DNA of 64,000 nt from Eledone cirrhosa (lineage: Eukaryota). The stretch covers positions 263,562,001 through 263,626,000 of the forward strand of contig OZ024741.1 of NCBI GenBank assembly GCA_964016885.1. Direction: 5' to 3'. This document shows positions 39,060 through 52,839 of this stretch, one piece after another. The notes beneath the pieces are model-generated. The model worked only from the letters and a program-made list of their open reading frames with translations. It had not been told where the DNA came from and did no database searches. The stretch's first letter is position 1; each line of letters starts with the position of its first letter. The translations under genes were made by a program, and so were the position numbers.

Positions 39060-39520
39060 GTGGTGGTGGTGGTGGTGTCTGTCACTGCTGGCTGTGGTGA
39101 TGGAGATAGTATTTTTGTTGGTAGTAGTGGTATAGTGGAGGCGATTGCAGACGTCTACTGCTGGGAGAGGCGGTAGTAGTAGTGGTGGTGGTAGTGGAGG
39201 TAGAGATGGTACTATTGCTGTTGGTTGTAATGTTGCTAGCAGTGATAGTGGCAGAGACAGTACTACTGCTAGTGGTGGTGGTAGAGATGGTACTATTGGT
39301 AGTAATAATGCTAGCTGTGGTGGTGGTGGTAGAAATGGTACTACTGCTAGCAGTAATGGTGATGGTAGAGCTACTACTACTACTTCTGCTGGTAGTGGTA
39401 CCTCTGATGGTAGAGGTGGTATTACTACAGCTCTTAGTGGTAATACTGCAAGCATTAATGGTGATGGTTGTAGCCATACTACTACTACTACTACTACTGC
39501 TGATGCTGCTTGTGGTAGCT
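39060..39520. repeat. Degenerate trinucleotide (GGT/AGT/ACT) low-complexity tract
   Basis: Open in several frames on both strands; recurring ggtagagatggtacta. Confidence 0.8.
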
Positions 39521-40682
39521 ATTATTGTTTAGCCCCAGGTCAGTCTTGATGCAACAAACACAATCAAAAGCATTGCAGCTGTCTCCTTTGTCTTTTATTT
39601 ATATATATTTTGTATACAATGTATGGAGGTCAACATTATCCAATATGTCCTTTTGTTTTTAAGGTTATGGTGCATATTTTGAGGAAGATTTGGTTGCTAT
39701 TTCTAGCAGGTTGAGCAACTATATAGAGGAGTTCTCCACTTTCACATCAAACTGTTTCCCCGTTTGTTCACCTGTGTAATAAATATTCAAAGGATACCAC
39801 CAAATTGTTAACCCCAAAGCCATAAAACTGAACAGCCCTCTCCCCCCTTCTGCCTCCCGTTACAGGATTTAAACAAAATATCTTTTTCATAGCAAAAAAA
39901 TCTGGCTGAAACTGCTTCTGGTTCTATGATACATTATTATGTATCTAAGAAAGTGTTCCATCATAATTCTATGAAAGAACAGTTATGTTCCAAACATTAG
40001 TTTAATAATGAATGTTCATTATATTACTATATCACTACAAATACTGTTATTTCCAAAATTATTTGAAAATCATAGGCAGTGCATTTCATTAGAAATACGG
40101 TGGTGGTGGGTTAATGTTGGTGGTGGTTAAATGGAAAATAAAAGCAGTAACATTTAATGTTTGACACTCCCATACTGTTTTTAGATATTCTGAACAAGAT
40201 CCCTATAGCTAGCTGGTGTGACCCAGCTAGTAAAGATGTTTTTTCTTTTTTACTTTTTTAAAGATATCTTCAATGTGATCTCTGTTGGCTGGTGTGACAC
40301 AGTTAGTACACACTCATTGGGTTTTAAATTAGTCATTATGAACCACAAATCACTTCACTTGGTTATATCCAGCCTACTTCTACTTTTAGATAGCAAGCTA
40401 CTGACGTGGCTAAAACCAGCTTTTCTACTGAGTAGGATGTTGGCAAGGCAAGCAAAGTCAACTTTAGGCTTTTTCATAGATTGAGCCAAGAGCTCAATAT
40501 ACTACTTTCATGATACTACTAACCTTGTTTGCCATGAAGCTGGTATCACATTATAATTTCCTAACTCTGTTAATTCTCCTTCTACATCATCTTCACAGTC
40601 GACTATTTGGTTTCTAAACTGGAACAAACAATGCAATAATATCTTAGAATCACTATACCACATTGTCTTGAAATTAGTGAGG

Positions 40683-40800
40683 GCACCTTAGCCTAGTGGT
40701 TAGGATTTTGGACTCCCAATCATGAGGTTGTGAGTACGATTTCATGGACTAGGTGCTACATTGTGTTCTTGAGCAAGATGCTTCATTTAACATTACTTTT
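40683..40800 (+). mobile_element. SINE family B head fragment
   Basis: tagcctagtggttagg A-box; tgtgttcttgagcaagatg core. Confidence 0.6.
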
Positions 40801-41921
40801 CATGATGGGATTGGGGAGCCCTCTAATTAAAACACTTGAGAAATTGTGTATGATAGGCAACCATGTAAGAGGCCGGTTAAACCTACGAGTTCAAATAGTC
40901 ATGATAGATTATTATATATTCACCAACCAATTCTTCTTTGAAGTTCTAGTTGAAATTGGCTTAGCAGAAATGGTCACCTTATGTATGACCAATACAAAAA
41001 AATGAAAGCTCACAGTGATGGATGATCTGCAGTTGACAAGCACTTTATTACTTTCCATGCAATAACATTAGGTCATTAAGTTTGGGTGAATATGTTGCTA
41101 TTAATAAAGATTTTACGTTTTGCAGTTATCAGAGAGAGGAGTGTTTTGAAAAATTCTATAAATATGTCAGTTTACAAGTAGTTGTACTTCTGTATTGTCC
41201 AAAAGTTTCACATAGTCATCATTATTAAGGCACAATTGGACAAAAGAATGAACTAAAGAATTTGATTTTAGTGTGTTCACTATTTTGAGAATTAATTGTA
41301 GCACACCATTAAGCTGTTGTTAGTATTTTAAATCATTAAATGATGTTGGTGAGTCATGCAGTGAACTGTTAAAACAAGGTGCAAAGTTTTAGGTTTTAGA
41401 GATGAGAAACCTGTGTAATATTTACTATAGTTGGTGCTCAGCAGGTAACAGCGCTCAATTGGGTTGTTATGCTCATGAAAAAAAAGAACCAAGAGCCTTC
41501 AATAATTCTAAAATAGCTGTACTTTTTAAGTACTTTATGTTACAGCTCACACTTCTGCCGGTTTAGCTGCTCAGGTGTTTTAATGATAACGGCCCTAATC
41601 TTATCTTTTTGAGTGAAACAGCAATTGATCATTGAACATGCCATCATTTTAAATACTCATTCAACTTTGGCTCTTACATCTCCATTCAAATGTTTGCTTA
41701 TCTGTTTCTCACCATCTCTTGTACACGGTGGTGTGTGTGTGTGTGTGTGCCACATGGGATACATATAGATATACATAACAAATGTAAACATACAAGATAT
41801 AGATCATGTGCATGCATAATTACATACAACAAATATGTATGCGTAAACAGCCATATATATTCACACACTGGTATACATGGAATATCACATACATGCATAT
41901 ATATGGACAGCATATAGATTA

Positions 41922-41967
<46 letters not shown>

Positions 41968-43951
41968 GACACGTATGTGTATATCAGATATCTATATACA
42001 TACACAGATGATTATACTCATACAAAGATTGCACATACACACAGATAGATACATAGGCACAGATGTATATTCTCTCACAGACACAAGCACACACACATAA
42101 AATGTAGATGACACATTGACATAGACATGAACTGCTATATAAAGGACAACAAGCTATGTAGCTACCACCAACTGAGTGTAATATGAGTGTTATATATATA
42201 TATACTATCAATGGAATATATTGTCATTCTTCTGAGTCATAGCATTGGCTACTGTTTGAGTACAGATTTTATATACATACACGTAGCATCAGTAACATAC
42301 TTTAATTTATGGTATTTCTTTCACACGCACAATACACTCTTTTATTCTAAGTTGTGTGTGTTACAGGGGAGTGGTAACTAGCAAGAACTGCTGAGGTCGT
42401 GGTTGATCCCCTACTTTTTATATACCCACTTTGCATCATACCATGTATTGAGTACGTCTTTGATTTGTAGTCTTCCCGGTCCCAGTATCACAGATTAACA
42501 CTATATATATATAAAATACTGAATAAACCAATGTTTTTAAATTAAATCCATGTTTAATCTCAACAGTGAGCTTTTACACCTCTTACCAAAAATAATAGTG
42601 GATTCCTCCACTAAAATTACACACACACACACACATTGAAAAGACTAAAGACTGTTAATTATATTTTATTTTAATTACACATGCTTCTTCCATCTCATAA
42701 AACATAATTAAATTATTAGAATATGAACAAATGATTGGATTCAGCAGAATTAATAAAAAATAACAAACATCTTTACCTCTTTGAATCATTTTGCATATAA
42801 CCTTTCACCAACAGTCAATGTTTACATTTTCGCCTACCCTTATCAGTTTTCTTATTCTAAACTATATATATAGAGTTGGTCATGGGTTCGATTCCTCGAC
42901 CAGGTGTCACATGTTCTTATTTCACGTTGCTTTTCATTAAAACATCTGAGAAACCTCCTATGACATACAAGCATGCAGACCAGCTTAAAACTGCATAGGG
43001 GTGAGCTGTAAAATTTCATTTTTCATTTGAATTCATCTGTTAATCGAAGGCTACAACAATGCAAAATGGACAGAGGCTTGTCAAAACATGTTACTTAAAG
43101 TTTCATATAAACTTGAACAGGGAAATATGTATTGGATTAATGTCAGGATAAAACAATACTGAAACTGTGTTTAAAATCGTTCTGGAGAAAAGTTCATAGT
43201 TTCATTGTGAAACTGGGGAATAAGCCTTCAGGATCTTCTAATATAAGTGGTTATGCCCCTTGGCAAGATATCTGAACTCCTGTAGTTGGCTGTCAAAAGC
43301 AAAAGGCACAAATTTTGATGGAGAGATTATTTAAAAAAAAAAAAAAAGCATTGGAACAACACTGCTACAGTCCTACTTCACCAGGTGTTGCTGAATACAA
43401 TATCTCTTTTATGGCTACACTGACCAAAATATATTTGGTGCAGTGTGGACAAATGCTTAATGCCTCAATCTTGGCATTGAGGCAAGTAGCTTGTCCTAAT
43501 GAGCTATTTACTATTTCGTTTAAGCGCTGTATTTCTCCGCAATTCTCCATTTGATGTAATTTGAGAATTTTGTTGCACTGCCTTTACCTCACTTGCATTT
43601 CTGTCATACCAATACAGCATTTTAGGCTGGTGGTGTGGTCCAGATTTGTTCATCTAATTTCTGCTTTATAAACAATATAGGATCCATTTAACAGCTCTAT
43701 TATTACAGGAGTGACTAGCCTCACTAGATGGGGTAGGCCTATTGAAATTTTCTTTTTGTGTTAGAGGTAGTTAAAGCTAACCTAATTAAAGCATAATGCT
43801 CAGCACACACACATAGTAACACACATATATGGTGTGTAATATTAAGTTCTGGATAAATTTCTTACCTATACTTTCAGATCAGTGGTTTGCTGATTTTTAT
43901 ATCCATATGGATTATTTATTATGGTTTAATGTCTGATGATATTTGACAGCA

Positions 43952-44117
43952 CTCTCTCTTTCTCTCTCTGTCCCCCTCTCTTTCTCTCTCTGTCCCCTTC
44001 TCTTTCTCTCTCTGTCCCCTTCTCTTTCTCTCTCTGTCCCCCTCTCTTTCTCTCTCTGTCCCCCTCTCTTTCTCTGTTCCTTTCTCTTTCTCTGTTCCTT
44101 TCTCTCTCTTCTCTCTC
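43952..44117. repeat. CT-rich minisatellite, about 22-bp unit
   Basis: tctctttctctctctgtcccc repeats. Confidence 0.85.
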
Positions 44118-44215
44118 AACCGATTAGGAAATGTAAAGTGTTTGGCTGTCTTTATCACACTTGTAGGAGATAAATATTGATTGAAACAAAAATTTAGTGT
44201 GTGTGTGTATTATAT

Positions 44216-44247
<32 letters not shown>

Positions 44248-44263
44248 ATATATATATATATAT

Positions 44264-44296
<33 letters not shown>

Positions 44297-44477
44297 ATAT
44301 ATATATATATATATAATGTGTGTATGTAATTATTTTTATATTGGTTTGTCATTGGATTGTGGCTATGCTGGGGCACTATCTTATACATTTAAAGTTCACA
44401 TAAAAAATCTCTAGCCTGTATAGCAAGGCCTCTTACTCCCTCCATCCATCTCAACAACCAATGCTGGCTTCCCTTAA

Positions 44478-44812
44478 CCCTTTTGAAACCAAACCACTCT
44501 GGATTTCTTACAAAACTGCCCACTTTGAAGTTGTATTTACCAAGTAATATTACTCCAAAGACCCTTCGCAGGAGCCCAATTTCGGCTGCTGGTATTCATG
44601 ATCATATTCTCACTAATGAAATAGTGATTTTATTAAATCTCTGAAAATTCTTTATTAATTAATTGCCGAGGTTGATTTTTGCCTTTCATCCTTACAGGGG
44701 TCGATAAAATAAAGTACCAGTAATGCACTGAGTAATTGCTGGCCTTGTGCCTAAAGTAGAAACAATTAATTAATTGAAACTGTGTATTTTATTACACACA
44801 GTCACACAAGGG
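44478..44812. mobile_element. piggyBac-type MITE carrying a nested truncated family A SINE (44666-44766)
   Basis: TTAA|ccctt ... aaggg|TTAA; SINE flanked by an attaattaattg duplication. A related partial copy lies at about 39895-40114. Confidence 0.65.
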
Positions 44813-46633
44813 TTAAGTAAATGTGTTCTACTATTGCTTCAAGTTAACCAATACCTTTTGGGTGGAAATTGTGTAAAAATTTGTGGATGGAATGCACACG
44901 TTTGTCTGTAATACTTTATTTTTTTTTTTTATAGTTATAGACTCATAAGTCCTGGTAAAGTCATAGGAACACCGGAGTGATTTGCAGTATTTTTTTGGAC
45001 ATTTTAAACCTGAGATAATGGGAGATAGATAGAGAGGAAGTGAGAAAGAGATATAGAAGAAGAATCAACAGCCCACTACTGGTCTGGTACTTTATCAATC
45101 TCAAAAGGACGAAATGCAAAGTTGAGTTCAGAGCAGCGCTCAGAGAGCTGAAAAGAATAGCCCAAAGCATTCTATCTAATGTTCTAACAACCCTGCCCAT
45201 TCACCATGTATCTGCATTAGGCTTATACTGGTCTAAAGTAAGAAAACAAATTGTCTGTTAGCAGTTCAACAGATATTAGGAGGAAGAAATATGGAATAAA
45301 CCCTCGAAGTTTGGTGCCCCAATTTGGATGCAGTCCAGTCCATAGAACTTTATAACAGAATTAAAGAATATATTCACACAAATATACATGTACTCCCCTT
45401 TCCTGCTCTCACCCTGCTATATACACACACACACACATTCTCTTTCCCACTCCCTCCCTGTCACACACATTCCCTCCCCCACTCTCTCCTTGTCACACAT
45501 TCCCTCCCCCTCCCACCCTTTCCCTGTCACACATTTTTTTTCTCCCACTCCCTCCCTACATTCTCGACCCCACTCTCCCACTCCCTCACACTCACTTCCT
45601 CCTACTCTCTCACACTCACTTCCTCCTACTCTCTCACACTCACTTCCTCCTACTCTCTTGTCACACAAACATACATGTTCTCACTGCCCACTCTTCCCCT
45701 GCCATAAACTGCCTGCCACTTACACACACTCCTACTCTCACCCCCACCAAGTCACACACACATCCCAACCAGAAAATGTTGGATGTCAAGACCAAATTAA
45801 CAAAATATTCATTTCCATCCTTTCCAATGAGGCAGCTAAAATAGTCTGACCCCCAACATGCCAACATGTCTGTTTCTTTCCAGTTCATGTGCACACACAC
45901 ACACTCACACACATTATATATATATATTTACACACACAGATGTTTTATATAGATATACACATACTCACACATGCGTTTTAGTTTTCTTCTGATCGAATCA
46001 GATTTAGTTAATTATTTTCAACTGTTTGATGTTCTTACTGTGACATTTAATTATTGAATGCGTTTGTGTGTGTGTGTACACTGTAATTTATTTTTGAGTG
46101 TGTGTGTTATAGTTTGTCTGTGTGCTGTGCGTATATGTTTATCTGCAAGTGTGTGTATGCGCTATAGTTTATGCTAGTGAGCATGGATGTTTGTGAGTGT
46201 TGTAGCTTATGTATGTTTGCATATATATATTTATCTGGAACTGTGCGTGCGTGCGTGCGTGCGCCTATCTAAATGTTAACTCCAACAAGAGCAGTAATTT
46301 TTTAGTTAAATGGCAGCACAAGGAACTGTTATATACAAGGGATTGGTATAGAGATGTGGTGGTAGTCACACGTTTCTTCAAGGAGTGTTAATGATAGTAA
46401 TTTATTTTTAAGATTTAACATCTATGGTTACCATATTTCTAATGAAAAACTCTTAGTATGATTTTAAAATCATTTAGAAAATAATCAGTGTCCTGGCATC
46501 TAACGTTCTAATTTCAAATCCTTCACTTTTTATCCTTACGGGGTTGATAAAATAAAATGCCAGTAATGCACTAAGTTTGATTTAATCAACTTTCTTCTTC
46601 CCCAAAAAGTTGGCCTTGTGCCTAAACCATTAA

Positions 46634-46839
46634 CCCTTTAGCATTTAAACCGGCCCTATCCGCCCAGAATTCTCTCACCTCTTTCTGTTCAAACCAGCTG
46701 TAACAGACCACTCATACTGATGTTAAGGTGTTGTTCTCAAAATAAATAATATCAATCTTGTAGATTCGATATTATGTGAGATAAAGCCTTTATCATGAAA
46801 ATACAATAGTATATATAGAGTAATGTAAATGCTAAAGGG
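46634..46839. mobile_element. piggyBac-type MITE
   Basis: TTAA|ccctttagcattta ... taaatgctaaaggg|TTAA, perfect 14-bp TIRs. Confidence 0.88.
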
Positions 46840-47391
46840 TTAAGTTGTTTGGAACGTGACTTAACAAAAAGTTATTAGATAAGATTATGATGGAATATTT
46901 TACAATAAATATTAAAACGTATTGTTAAACGAGGGGTAGTTACAGGTGAAGATAATTGTTTCTTACACAAGTGGCTACATAAACAATCATGATAATGGTA
47001 GGACTGAGGACTCTTTTATTAAAACACACAGGAAACCTCACACAAGATGGATGTAACTTGGACAAAACCTGTACTGGGATTAGGTTTGTGGTTATGTTCC
47101 AAACACCAACTTAATGAGAAATTGACAATGGGAATTTGATTCCATTATATTCAGATTTAATATATATGTATATATTTATTTACCACAACATACTAGTATC
47201 AGCATCATCAAACCCCCATCCTGACCTTGCTTTCAATATTCTCACTATTTATGGTATGCAATGATAAATTTTTATAAGAAAGTTATATTACTAAAGTGGC
47301 GATGTATTTTTCTGGCAATATTAGAACAACATGACCCTCCCCAAATATAACAATATCCAGCCCATACATAACAATATCCAGCCCATACATA

Positions 47392-47692
47392 AGTGGTCGT
47401 GTAGGTGCCACAACAAAAAGCACCCAGTCCACACTGTAAAGTGGTTGTGTAGGAGACAGTAAAAAGCACCCAGTCCACACTGTAAAGTGGTTGTGTAGGT
47501 GTCACGACAAAAAGCACCCAGTCCACACTGTAAATGTGGTTGGTGTTAGGAAGGGCATCTGGCCGTAGAAAACCAGCCAGAAACAGTTCTATATGAGCGA
47601 GACATGGTCAGTTGACCAATCTTGCCTCAAGTGGGACAAACCCGTCTAACCCATGTTAGCATGGAAGATGGACGTTAAATGATGATGATGAT
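47392..47692 (+). mobile_element. RTE-related 3' end with three tandem modules of about 47 bp and a (GAT)n tail
   Basis: gtggt(c/t)gtgtagg...aaaaagcacccagtccacactgtaaa x3, then ggttggtgttaggaagggcatc and gatgatgatg. Confidence 0.75.
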
Positions 47693-47987
47693 TACTAAAT
47701 CTCCTTAAATTGTTGATTATTTTCCCAATGATTTGAAAATCGTAGGTAGTGTTTTTCGTTGGAAATATGGTAAAGAATGGTTTAAGTATATATTTAACAA
47801 GTGTAACATTCACCTTGCTAAACTAACTCCTACCCATCCCTCTTCTAATTAGTGGAGCTACTATTATCCTTCCAACCTATTTACTGTCTTTTAATATTAC
47901 TTTACTTTGTAATGCTTTATTATATTTTAAAAGAAATATTTTTTGCATTTCATTGATTTTTGTTGTTTTAATTTGAAGTTTTTCGTT

Positions 47988-48240
47988 GCCATCACTGTCA
48001 TTGTCACCATCACCGTCACTGTCACCGTCACTGTCATCGTCACTGTCACTGTCATCGTCACCATCACTGTCACCGTCAACGTCACTGCCATCGCCACCGT
48101 CATTGTCATCGCCACCGTCATTGTCATCGTCATCGTCACCGTCACCGTCACTGTCATCGTCACTGTCACTGTCATCATCGTCACCATCTTCATCATCACC
48201 ACCACCATTGTCTTCATTTGTTGTTGCATCATCACCACTG
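47988..48240. repeat. Degenerate (GTCACC/GTCATC) hexamer repeat
   Basis: Directly visible. Confidence 0.85.
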
Positions 48241-49353
48241 TCATAGCAATTCTCATTGTTAACTATTTACATTACCCTCCACCACCACCTTCATTGTCTA
48301 TTTATTTAATAATGTCCATGGATGTAGCAGAATAGGCAAACACTGTCCAGCAAATTGTCAGGGACATTAAGGCATCATATTAAATACTGTGGTATTGTGG
48401 TATTTATTCTGGCTTATTGTGATCTGAGTTCAAATCTTGTCAAGGTCAACTTTGTCTTTCATTTTTTTTAGGGTCGATAAAGTACCAGTCCAGGGGCAGT
48501 GAATTGTTAGAATTGTTATTGAAGAGTTGTAAGAGATGTTTCACGCTATCTGATCCCACTTCATTTTTATCAGGAATTGTGGACAGCAGATAGTATCAGC
48601 AATGAAAGATCAATGGAAACATTGTTTCTTTGCTTTCATCTGATTGATGATTGGCTGTTTTCTTTTCTTTTTTTTTGTCACTGACATCAAATACTATAAT
48701 TTTTGGGTGCAAAAGGCACTTTTTTTTTTTACCCAAATATTTGATGTTAAAATCTGCTTTTTGAACAAAAAACTTGAATACTATTATACATCCTCCCACT
48801 TTCCAACATTCTTCTCCAAAATAAAAATGGGTTTATACATCAATATATATATAGAGATATCTTGTAAACCCCAAAATACAGTGGCCCCACATTTTAAGTA
48901 GTTTAAATAGCCTTGAACATATGCAACCAGAAAATGTTTGAAAACAATTGTTTTTTAAATCAATAAAAAAAAAAAAATCCATCAACTAATGTAATGGATA
49001 AAACTATAAACCATTATATTTTTCCTGGGTTTTCTCAGCCCCCAAAGAATTATGACTTCTCCAAAACATTGATGTACATTGACATTTTTATATAAGGGTC
49101 TTGAACATCCAGATTCTTAAAATAATTAGGGTACCAAATGATTAAGACGCAGGTCCACTGTATGCTACTGTATTGGAGTTGTGTGTGAAAGGTGCATGTG
49201 TTTGGTGTGTGGGTCCAGTGGTCTTTTTCTTGCATATGAGTTGGTCTCAGTTTATTGTTGTTCGCCTGATCAAGATCAGAGATCAGTTTCCAGGGCCCAC
49301 CACAAGGAGGTCGACAATCTTGAGTTAAGATGTTGGGCTCACAACCTTAATAG

Positions 49354-49620
49354 TCATCATCATCATCATTTTACGTTCGCTTTTCCCTACTTGCAAGAGT
49401 GGGACGGGTCCTATTCAGCACAGCATCTGTCCACTTGTCACGGTCCTTCGTCATCTCCTCCGTGAGCTTCAGCAATCTGAGGTCTGCTCTCACCACCTCC
49501 GCCCATGTTTTTCGTGGTCTTCCTCTACTGTGTCTTCCTTCTACTGGCACTTCTTTACCCAGCGGTCATCCTCCATGTGCATCACATGTCCATACCATCG
49601 CAGTCTTCTCTCCCGGACAC
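49354..49620 (-). pseudogene. 3' fragment of a second RTE family
   Basis: RERRLRWYGHVM...RGRPRKTWAEVVRADL, with a catcatcat tail. An older copy lies at about 62163-62322. Confidence 0.8.
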
Positions 49621-50875
49621 AATTTATCCCTCTTATACACAGTTTCTTTCTCAACTCATTTTCTCTCTCAACTCATTTCAATTCTTTGACCAGATAACAC
49701 ATTGTCCTTGAGTAAGATATTTTATTTTGCATTGCTCCAGTCAACTCGGGTGGAAAAAATGAGTTATCCTTTGTAATTCAAAGGAACTACTCCCTCCTCG
49801 CCCCTCTCTTTATCTTCCTGAGAATTATGTTAAGGGTAAATGTGTCTGAAATACTCAGCCTCTTACATATTAATTTCACGAGCAAGCTATTTTGTTGATT
49901 AAACAACTGGAACAGTTTTGTTTTCAGGTCAAATGGAGGTCCAACATGTGTATGTATATATATGAATCTACACACACACAATATATTTGTATGCTTATTT
50001 TTATTCTAGTGGTCCAGTGCATCAATAATGATGGCAATAACATTGAATCGTAGTTTTAATGTCCATTTTCTCTGCTAGCGAGGGTTAGACTGGTCTACTT
50101 GGATTAAGTCAGCACTGAAGCAGGGCTACTAATTCCCAGACAGGCTAGGTGTTATTTCGCTTATGTACAGTCTCATGTTCTACCAAGTGGGGGTCCAGAA
50201 TTGGCATGCCATGTTTACCAGGATTACTGGACATATGAACAATCATACAAATTTCCCAATTTGTAGTTTGATGAATTAATGGTTTGCATAAGAGAAACCC
50301 TATATTGATTACTAACATATGCAAGTGATTAATGATAAGAATATTATTTGAATAATTTATTTCTAGGGTAAAATTGCATAAATGTACAGCATATATGTAT
50401 AAGGGGCCTGCTGGATTAACCATATAAAAAATAATGGTTCCTACTTTAGGCACTAGGCCAGTTATTTTGTAGGGGAGGGGAAAGTCGATTAAATCGACCC
50501 CAGTGTATTACTGGTGCTAACTTGGTGGGATTTGAAGTCAGAATGTAAAGGGCCATAAAAAATAATGTTGGAGATATAACTATTTACTGAAACAAATATA
50601 GGGTTAGAACCCAGGACCTTGTGACTGGAAAGTGAATTTATTGAAGCAATATAACTGAAATAAATGCATTGTAAGAGTGTGTTAATTGTAAAGTTATAGA
50701 CACACACACGTACACACACACACGTGCTCACACTCACACTCACACATACTTACCTGCATACATCTTGCCGCACTATGATGATATGCACATGTAGACATTA
50801 TACACACAAAAACATGAGCATGTGCTTTGCGTTAATCTATGTATTTGCATACATATATATGCATGTTTGTGTGTA

Positions 50876-50918
<43 letters not shown>

Positions 50919-51844
50919 GCACGCACACACACTCACACATTGTGTGTTTAAACAAGATAAAAATCTTGATTTAGATATGAGCACCCACACCCAATTTAAA
51001 TTTAAGGAGTTGGGAGAGATCGAATCAAAACCGTAACTCTTGTAAATTGAAATTTAATATGTATAAATTTTCTTATCAGTTTGATTTTAAATTTCATGTT
51101 TTTTTTAAAATTATAATTTAAGATTGAATTTTAATTGCTGAAATGACTTGGAATTTCGAAATATCTGCAGTAATATCTTCATTTCTTGGTATTAGTTGTA
51201 GTTGTATGTCTTTCCAGGTTTTAACGCTTTCATTTGCATATTTCTCATGAAAGGCACTGCTTATTATTTTCCAATCATTTTGAAAAGAACAAGATTTTGC
51301 AGGGATTTAGTAATAAAGCTATTTTTCTCATTTTTTAAAGCCAGGGTTTAGAGCATAGCTTTACATAGGCCCTTACATAAAACTGTTTTTTTTTTTTTTT
51401 TTTTTTTAGATAAATATAAAACATTTTGTAAAGTGGTTGATAAGAAGGGCACCCATCTGTAGAAAACTGCCAAGAGTCAGTGGTGGTGGTGGTGGTGGGG
51501 AGGCTCATAAACTGTGTCAAAGACATAACCTCTCTGGTTATTCGGTATGGTGCAGGAATGTATGTAAAGGATACAAATCCCCCTGATTATCTGTCAGTAA
51601 CTCTGCTAAAGTACAAACGTTGCTAGCAGGAAATGAAATTATGTAAACCAGCTTTATACTGTAGAACCAGAGGTGGCTTCATAGGGTTCCTTATTGAAGG
51701 AGTTAAGATGTGCCACAGCTTGCTCTGTACCAGTCCAGGACAAGTCTTTCTGGAATGTTTGGCACCGAATGTTTCTCCATTTTCTCCTAATAGATAAATC
51801 CACAACCTTGGATCACTTTGACATTCTGCAGCTGAAATAATTTA

Positions 51845-52115
51845 AGTCTGTCTTGAGCCTGGAGGCTCACCAGACAGGTGCTTATCCCTGATTCCGTGGT
51901 GTTAAATGACTTGAGAGTACAAGACACCCCTCTCCACCACAGGGTTTAATTCCTCCACCCCCAGCTACTGCCGGTACTCATTTTCACCTGAGTATACTGG
52001 AGCAACGTGAAATGAAGTGTTTTGCTCAAGAACACAACATACAACCCAGTCCAGGGATCAAACTCACAACATTTTGATCATAAGTCTAACACTCTTACCA
52101 CAAGGCCACATGCCA
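51845..52115 (-). mobile_element. SINE family B (tRNA-derived head), near full length
   Basis: Minus-strand A-box tggccttgtgg, B-box gagtttgatcc, core ttgagcaaaacacttcatttcacgttgctccag. Confidence 0.7.
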
Positions 52116-52528
52116 CCACAGTTGAAATAATGTTTTATATTAATTTCATATATGCTGGTTGACTGTGGATGCAACATATTAAATAGTTGAAGTTCACTTA
52201 GTAGTTATTAGGCCCTAGGTTTGATCTTACTGTGTCACAGCTTGAGTGAGAGTCATTTACCATAGCCTTAACTTGACCGAAATCTGAGTGAAATTAGGTA
52301 GACGGAAACTATTTGGAAGCATGCTGGAAGATTTACCACACCGAATCTCCCTGAGAATTATGTTCAAGGTATATGTTTGTGTAAATATTTCTATGAATGT
52401 ATGTGTATAAAAATATATTTAATATATATATATATATATATATCTATAAATAATTGGTGTTGGATGCTTAAAGCATCCGTATGCGGTAGGCCGTATGAGC
52501 ACTCAATGCCTTTGTAGAGCAGAGTATG

Positions 52529-52839
52529 ATATCGCATAAAAAAAGAGAATCAGCGTTGCGACATATTACAATTGTTTCTCGGGCGACCAGCTCGAGGCAC
52601 GATCGATACAGTGATCAAACCTGACTCTGAAATCGCGCGGTCCTCGGATACGTCTCGATTCTCGATTCTATAGGAAAATCTGCTTTGTAGAATCGAGACG
52701 TATCCGAGAACCGTGCGATTTCAGAGTCGGGTTTGATCACCATATTGATCGTGCCTCGAGCTGGTCGGCCGTGAAACAATTGTAATATGTCCAATAAATT
52801 CCTTTCGTCGCAACACTGATTCTCTTTTTTCTGTGATAT
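52529..52839. repeat. Fold-back element, arms of about 140 bp, short loop
   Basis: Arms align with about 10 substitutions, a 16-bp indel and a 7-bp duplication. Confidence 0.92.

Noticed and set aside
38979-39549. Gly/Ser/Thr-rich and Val/Leu-rich ORFs
   Set aside because: Degenerate trinucleotide tract, open on both strands.
51623-51835. Minus-strand ORF behind a plausible acceptor, with weak MADF-like words
   Set aside because: Motifs lie in different frames with wrong spacing; no recognisable protein.
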